Source: Terriglobia bacterium (lineage in GTDB: Bacteria; Acidobacteriota; Terriglobia; JAJPHL01; JAPKYU01). From it: a DNA stretch of 64,000 nt. Each line of letters opens with the position of its first letter. The first letter of the stretch is position 1. The stretch is from positions 32,001 through 96,000 of the forward strand of contig CBDCVK010000002.1 of assembly GCA_965223005.1 (NCBI GenBank), written 5' to 3'. The notes under the pieces are model-generated. The model was given only the letters and a program-made list of their open reading frames with translations. It made no database searches and was not told the DNA's origin. The position numbers were made by a program, and so were the translations under genes. Of this stretch, positions 59,928 to 64,000 are shown piece after piece.

Positions 59928-61697
59928 TTATTTGCCTTTTTTCCGAAGGGTCTTGATGGGTGTCATGCCCTGACCTTCAGTGACTTGCAGGAACTGATCA
60001 CCCTGGATATCTCGGAAGTTTTCCACCACCCCACTCGGCCAACGTATTTCAAGACGCTTAACGTGGGTTTCCTGACCCAATCCGAAGTGAACACGCGAGT
60101 CGTTGTGGGAGAGATAACTCCCTCCAGATCGGACCTCGGTGGTTTGCGTCCGACCCCCGACTTCTGCTGTGATCCTCGCCCCGATCGCGTCTCGGTTGCT
60201 CTTCCTTCCCACCAGCCGGAGTGTGACCCAATGATTTCTGTTTCCGCCCTCATTGCGCAGCAGGCTTGGACGGTCATCAAGGTTGGTGAGCAGGATATCC
60301 ACATCTCCATCATTATCGTAGTCGCCAAACGCAGCTCCCCGGCTTGACTTCCTTGTTAAAAGACCGCTCCCCAGCTCCTCAGTGAGCTCCAGGAAGCGTC
60401 CGTTTCCTTGATTTTGATAGAGCTGGTTAAGTTCCAGAAATGTCGAGCCAAACGCAAATTGATCAATTTTTGGGTAAATATGCCCGTTAGCGATGAAAAT
60501 GTCGAGATAGCCGTCATTGTCAAGGTCCACCAGGCCCGTTCCCCAGCCAAGGTACGGCAGGGAGGATCGCCCTAGACCGGCCGCGGAGGTCACGACGTTG
60601 AACGTTTCGTCCCCGTTATTCTGGTAAAGAGTGTTCGTATCTTCGGAAAAATTTGTAACAAAGATGTCAAAATAGCCGTCGTTGTTGTAATCGCCCACGT
60701 CGACGCCCATACCTGCCTGTGGCCGTCCTTCCTCGCTGAGAGCCACACCGGCTTCTAATCCCACTTCAGAGAAGGTCCCGTCCTTATTATTCTGAAAGAG
60801 AAAATTGGGTGTTGAATCATTGGCGACATAGATGTCGGGCCAGTCATCGTTGTTCAGATCGCTGAAAATAACCCCAAACCCATAGTATCCAGGATCGTCG
60901 ATTTTGGCAGACTGCGTCACGTCCTTGAACGTGCCATCGCCGTTGTTGCGATACAACACATCGGGCTCGCCGGGGAGGCCGCGCGGTCCGCAGAACACGT
61001 CCATCCCTCTGTACTGACAGAGTGAACTGGTACCGCGCCTAGGAGTTGTCTTCTCGTCGAACGCGACGTAATTTGCTACGTAAAGATCGACATATCCGTC
61101 GCGATTATAATCACCAAAAGCGCAAGTGGTGCTCCAGTGGGAATCGCCTGCGCTTGCTCGCTCCGTTACGTCGGCGAAGGTGCCGTCCCCCTTATTTCGA
61201 AATAATACGTTCGGGCCGTAGGCAGTAACGTAGACGTCCTGGAACCCGCTGTTGTCATAGTCGGCCACACAAACGCCCATGCCCCAGCCTTCTTTGGTCA
61301 GGCCACTTTGGCCAGTGACGTCCGAAAATGTTCCCTTCCCGTCATTGCTGTAGAGGGCCACCATCGGACCGCCGCCTTGCTTGAACTTTTCAAATGTGGA
61401 GCCGTTGACGAGCAGCAGGTCCATGTCCCCATCGTCATCGTAGTCAAAGAATGCTGCTCCGTTGCCCGCCGCCTCCAGAATATACTCTTTCCTGGGTCCT
61501 CCCGAAACGTTCAGCAGGGTCACGCCTGCTTTTCCCGCCACGTCATTGAAACGTATTGGTAGGCGCGGCTGAGCAGAAGCGGTCTCCGACAGCCCCACAA
61601 GGGCGGCGAGAAAAGACAACAAGGCCAACGTCAAGCCGACCCCACGCTTTCGCCGGCTCAGCTTCTGTGCCACTCCTGTCCTGTTTCTCAGCAGCAT
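59928..61697 (-). CDS. CRTAC1-family protein (FG-GAP repeats + ASPIC/UnbV)
   Basis: Signal peptide, DYDDDGDMDL and DYNRDGYVDL repeats, FCGPRG, GSYLS.ND.RVHFGLG and IRWPSG. Confidence 0.93.
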   Translation of the reverse strand: MLLRNRTGVAQKLSRRKRGVGLTLALLSFLAALVGLSETASAQPRLPIRFNDVAGKAGVTLLNVSGGPRKEYILEAAGNGAAFFDYDDDGDMDLLLVNGSTFEKFKQGGGPMVALYSNDGKGTFSDVTGQSGLTKEGWGMGVCVADYDNSGFQDVYVTAYGPNVLFRNKGDGTFADVTERASAGDSHWSTTCAFGDYNRDGYVDLYVANYVAFDEKTTPRRGTSSLCQYRGMDVFCGPRGLPGEPDVLYRNNGDGTFKDVTQSAKIDDPGYYGFGVIFSDLNNDDWPDIYVANDSTPNFLFQNNKDGTFSEVGLEAGVALSEEGRPQAGMGVDVGDYNNDGYFDIFVTNFSEDTNTLYQNNGDETFNVVTSAAGLGRSSLPYLGWGTGLVDLDNDGYLDIFIANGHIYPKIDQFAFGSTFLELNQLYQNQGNGRFLELTEELGSGLLTRKSSRGAAFGDYDNDGDVDILLTNLDDRPSLLRNEGGNRNHWVTLRLVGRKSNRDAIGARITAEVGGRTQTTEVRSGGSYLSHNDSRVHFGLGQETHVKRLEIRWPSGVVENFRDIQGDQFLQVTEGQGMTPIKTLRKKGK

Positions 61698-61900
61698 GTG
61701 GCTAAGTTGTCCTGACTGACCTGAAAGGCTTGTTGCATAATTGTAAACTTAATTGTTGTTATCCTCAATGTAATTAAAAATAACTAGATTTCTACTGACT
61801 CGGGCCTGTCTAGCCTTCTTATCTACCCCAGCGCCGAACACTTGATCATTACTCTGGCCCGTTGATTCATCAAAACATTTTACTTAATCGAAATGTTCCT

Positions 61901-61957
61901 TTTGAGCTTCCTCCTTCTACCCAGAGCATACGCTGGCTGCCCCGTTGGATCAAGCTC
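61901..61957 (-). promoter_or_regulatory. Copy B of the dispersed promoter-like element (TTGATC-N17-TATGCT)
   Basis: 43/57 identical to copy C without gaps and homologous to copy A. Confidence 0.55.
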
Positions 61958-62114
61958 ACCACGGCCCTTCTGGCCTTGCTCCAACTCGCCGCTTGCGAGA
62001 GAAGCCCTTGTACTCCACCGACGGATGCGCTTGAAAGACCACCGCTTTTCATTCGCCCCGGGTTCTAGTCAATCCACACAGGGTACGAACGAAAGTTTAG
62101 TCTGGAACTCTCGA

Positions 62115-62171
62115 TTTGAGCTTCCAGCTTAGCCCAAAAGCACACGGTAGCTACCCAGTCGGCTCAAGCTC
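62115..62171 (-). promoter_or_regulatory. Copy C of the dispersed promoter-like element (TTGAGC-N17-TGTGCT)
   Basis: Same layout. Similarity to copy A extends leftwards (CGAAAGTT...GGAA.T..CGATTTGAGCTTCC). Confidence 0.55.
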
Positions 62172-62326
62172 TCATCGTCACTCTTCCGGGTTGCGCCGTG
62201 GCTCGCCCTTGGCCGTTCCGCTGACTTGCGGGGTCTGCTTCCTGCCTCCAACCTGCCTCGCGGGGGGATTCCTAACCCAAGATCATGCCTCGGGCCGGAC
62301 CTTGGGTGTGCAGGCCGTTCGACAGG

Positions 62327-62351
62327 CACCCGCTACATTTCTCGCTACAGT
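62327..62351 (+). repeat. Tandem CGCTACA motif (putative integrase arm-type site) next to tRNA-Arg 3' end
   Basis: 22/25 identical to 18079-18103 and 45 bp from the tRNA. Confidence 0.65.
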
Positions 62352-62396
62352 AGGCGTACGGATTCAGCGCAAAAAGAGCGGAACTGTAAGAAAAAA

Positions 62397-62473
62397 TGGC
62401 GCGCCCGGAGAGACTCGAACTCCCGACCTACTGGTTCGTAGCCAGTCGCTCTATCCAACTGAGCTACGGGCGC
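62397..62473 (-). tRNA. tRNA-Arg (anticodon ACG)
   Basis: Reverse complement is GCGCCCGTAGCTCAGTTGGATAGAGCGACTGGCTACGAACCAGTAGGTCGGGAGTTCGAGTCTCTCCGGGCGCGCCA (77 nt, CCA encoded). Confidence 0.97.
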
Positions 62474-62591
62474 GCGCCAACCAGTCTACCGATGTGCCGA
62501 CCATCAAGTCAATCTTGGCGGGCCTGCGGGGATTCGGACGTAGAAATCCAAGACCAGTATCCGTCGCGGAATGTGCAGCTTCCGATAGCTA

Positions 62592-64000
62592 GCAGCCCGT
62601 GTCTAAACCGGCCTTTGGGCCGGCCTCTTTTTCAGGCGGGGCAAGTGAAGAGCAAAGCCGTGAATTTGACCGTTGCACCAGGATAGGGGCGTGGGGGATT
62701 CGGGGTGGGCCATTCTTGTGGCAGTGATCCAGAAAACGAGCAAAAACAGCTCGGTGATGCGGTCTTGCAGGCCTCGCGGGGTTCCCGCCCCCAGCAGCTG
62801 GCGCAAAACTAGCGCCAGGTTGCAGGCTGCTGCCTGCAGCAACAGTTTCTTTTGCACGTTTATCTTCCCACGGACATACAAGCGTCTCATCCTGCCCGTC
62901 TCATACATGTGCGCAAACGGACGCTCCAGCATCTCCCCACGTTTCCGCAGCAGCGCCTTCCCTCGCTGCCCCGTCACCCGCCGCCGATTGCGGTAGACCG
63001 CCGCCTTCTGCTCTTCCTTGCCCGTCCATTGCCGCCGTCCCCGCTCCGGCTCCGCAATGTAGGTCCGCACCTCCATCGCCTGCATCTCTGCCAGCACTTC
63101 CCCACTGTGATACCCCTTGTCGGCCACCACCTCTTCCACCCCGTCTGCGTTCACCACAAACTCCCCTTCGGCCGTGGGTGTCGCGATCTGCTCGCCCACC
63201 GCCGCGCCGGCCGCCGGCAGGGTCTGCTGAACCGATTCCGTGTCGCCGGTCGCTCCCCCGTGCGCCGTCAGCGCCACAATCGCCCCAGTCTCCATGTCCA
63301 CCGCATGCTCGGCCTTGTAAGCCAGTGCCGTGCGCCCGTCCTTCATCCGGGTGATCTCCGCTTCCCGATCATGTGGGTTCACCCACTTCGCATTGGACAT
63401 CTTCTTCGGTCGGCAGCGGTCCATCCTCCGCAGCGCCGCTGCATCCTGGGCTTCGATCCCTTCGGCCTCCGCCAACCGCTTCAGGTACTCCGTATAGCTT
63501 TCCCCGCTGTCCCGCCGCATGATCGACCTCATGGCCGCGTTGGCTTCCAGCGTGGTGGCGTCAATGCCGATCGTCTTGCCCTTCAGCAGGCCCCGTTCGG
63601 CCACCAGCCGCAGCACCCATCCAAACACTTCCTGGTGCGTCGGCTCGTCCATCAGCCGCCGCGTGCGCGAGATCGTCACATGATCCGGCGTCTGTTCATC
63701 CAGCCCAATCTGCAAAAACTGCCGCAAACTCAAGGAATCGGCCACCCGCCAGGCGATGCCTCGCTCGCTGTCGATCCCCTCGAAGAAGCCGATCAGCATC
63801 AACCGGAAGTACATCCCCGGCGGCAACGACGGTCGGCCCAGCCGCTCGTGGTAGAACTGCCGGCACCGACTCTCGCAGAATCGATCAAAATCGGCTTCCT
63901 CCAACAGTTGGTGCAGCCGCCGGTAGAACGGGTGTCCGGGCGCCTCGGCCAACTCTGCCCGATACCACAGCGGCTCTTGTCGCTGACGATGCTTGCGCGT
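62592..64000 (-). mobile_element. IS1182/IS5-like element with DDE transposase (62603 to beyond 64000), left end outside window
   Basis: Motifs GRPSLPPG.YFR, PDHVTISR, IGIDATTLEANAAM, ADKGY and ERPFAH. Ends CACGGGCTGC next to CTAG. Confidence 0.9.

Noticed and set aside
62070-62115. c-di-GMP-I riboswitch (CACACAGGG...CGAAAG)
   Set aside because: It lacks the GCAAA and GGGACGCAAAGC cores and is oriented away from the adjacent operon.
62116-62686. ORFs overlapping tRNA-Arg (62116..62592, 62396..62686) and tRNA-Leu (18025..18306)
   Set aside because: These are spurious translations of tRNA and intergenic sequence.

Overview
This 64-kb, GC-rich window most likely comes from an Acidobacteriota genome. 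The basis is a TIGR03437-like C-terminal domain, a carboxypeptidase-regulatory/TonB receptor, CRTAC1/ASPIC-UnbV proteins and a DUF1549-1553/DUF1501 pair. Positions 1-17.7 kb hold metabolic and envelope genes (M50-CBS protease, kdsA, SDR, malonyl-CoA decarboxylase, GlcG/HbpS-like protein, Ldh2, membrane sulfatase-like protein, and a GHL10-like gene split by IS3) mixed with gene fragments. Positions 17.9-39.6 kb are a decayed accessory region. It contains tRNA-Leu(UAA) between two converging integrases, a satellite-like element, an attP-like tRNA-fMet fragment, nested IS3/IS1182, a BrnT-type TA pair, IS256, another IS3, and c-di-GMP/flagellar regulatory remnants including an apparent 2.5-kb inversion that split a response regulator. 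Positions 39.6-48.6 kb encode a cytochrome c-PQQ dehydrogenase fusion with the lanthanide-type WDYDG motif, glycerol dehydrogenase and DUF1553/DUF1501. Positions 48.7-61.7 kb form a co-oriented cluster of CRTAC1, three paralogous 42-aa-repeat TPR genes (one fused to CRTAC1) and a TonB-dependent receptor. The window ends with tRNA-Arg(ACG) and a partial IS1182-like element. No CRISPR array or rRNA was seen. Family assignments come from motif recognition by eye, not database searches. Several frameshifts and stops may be sequencing errors.
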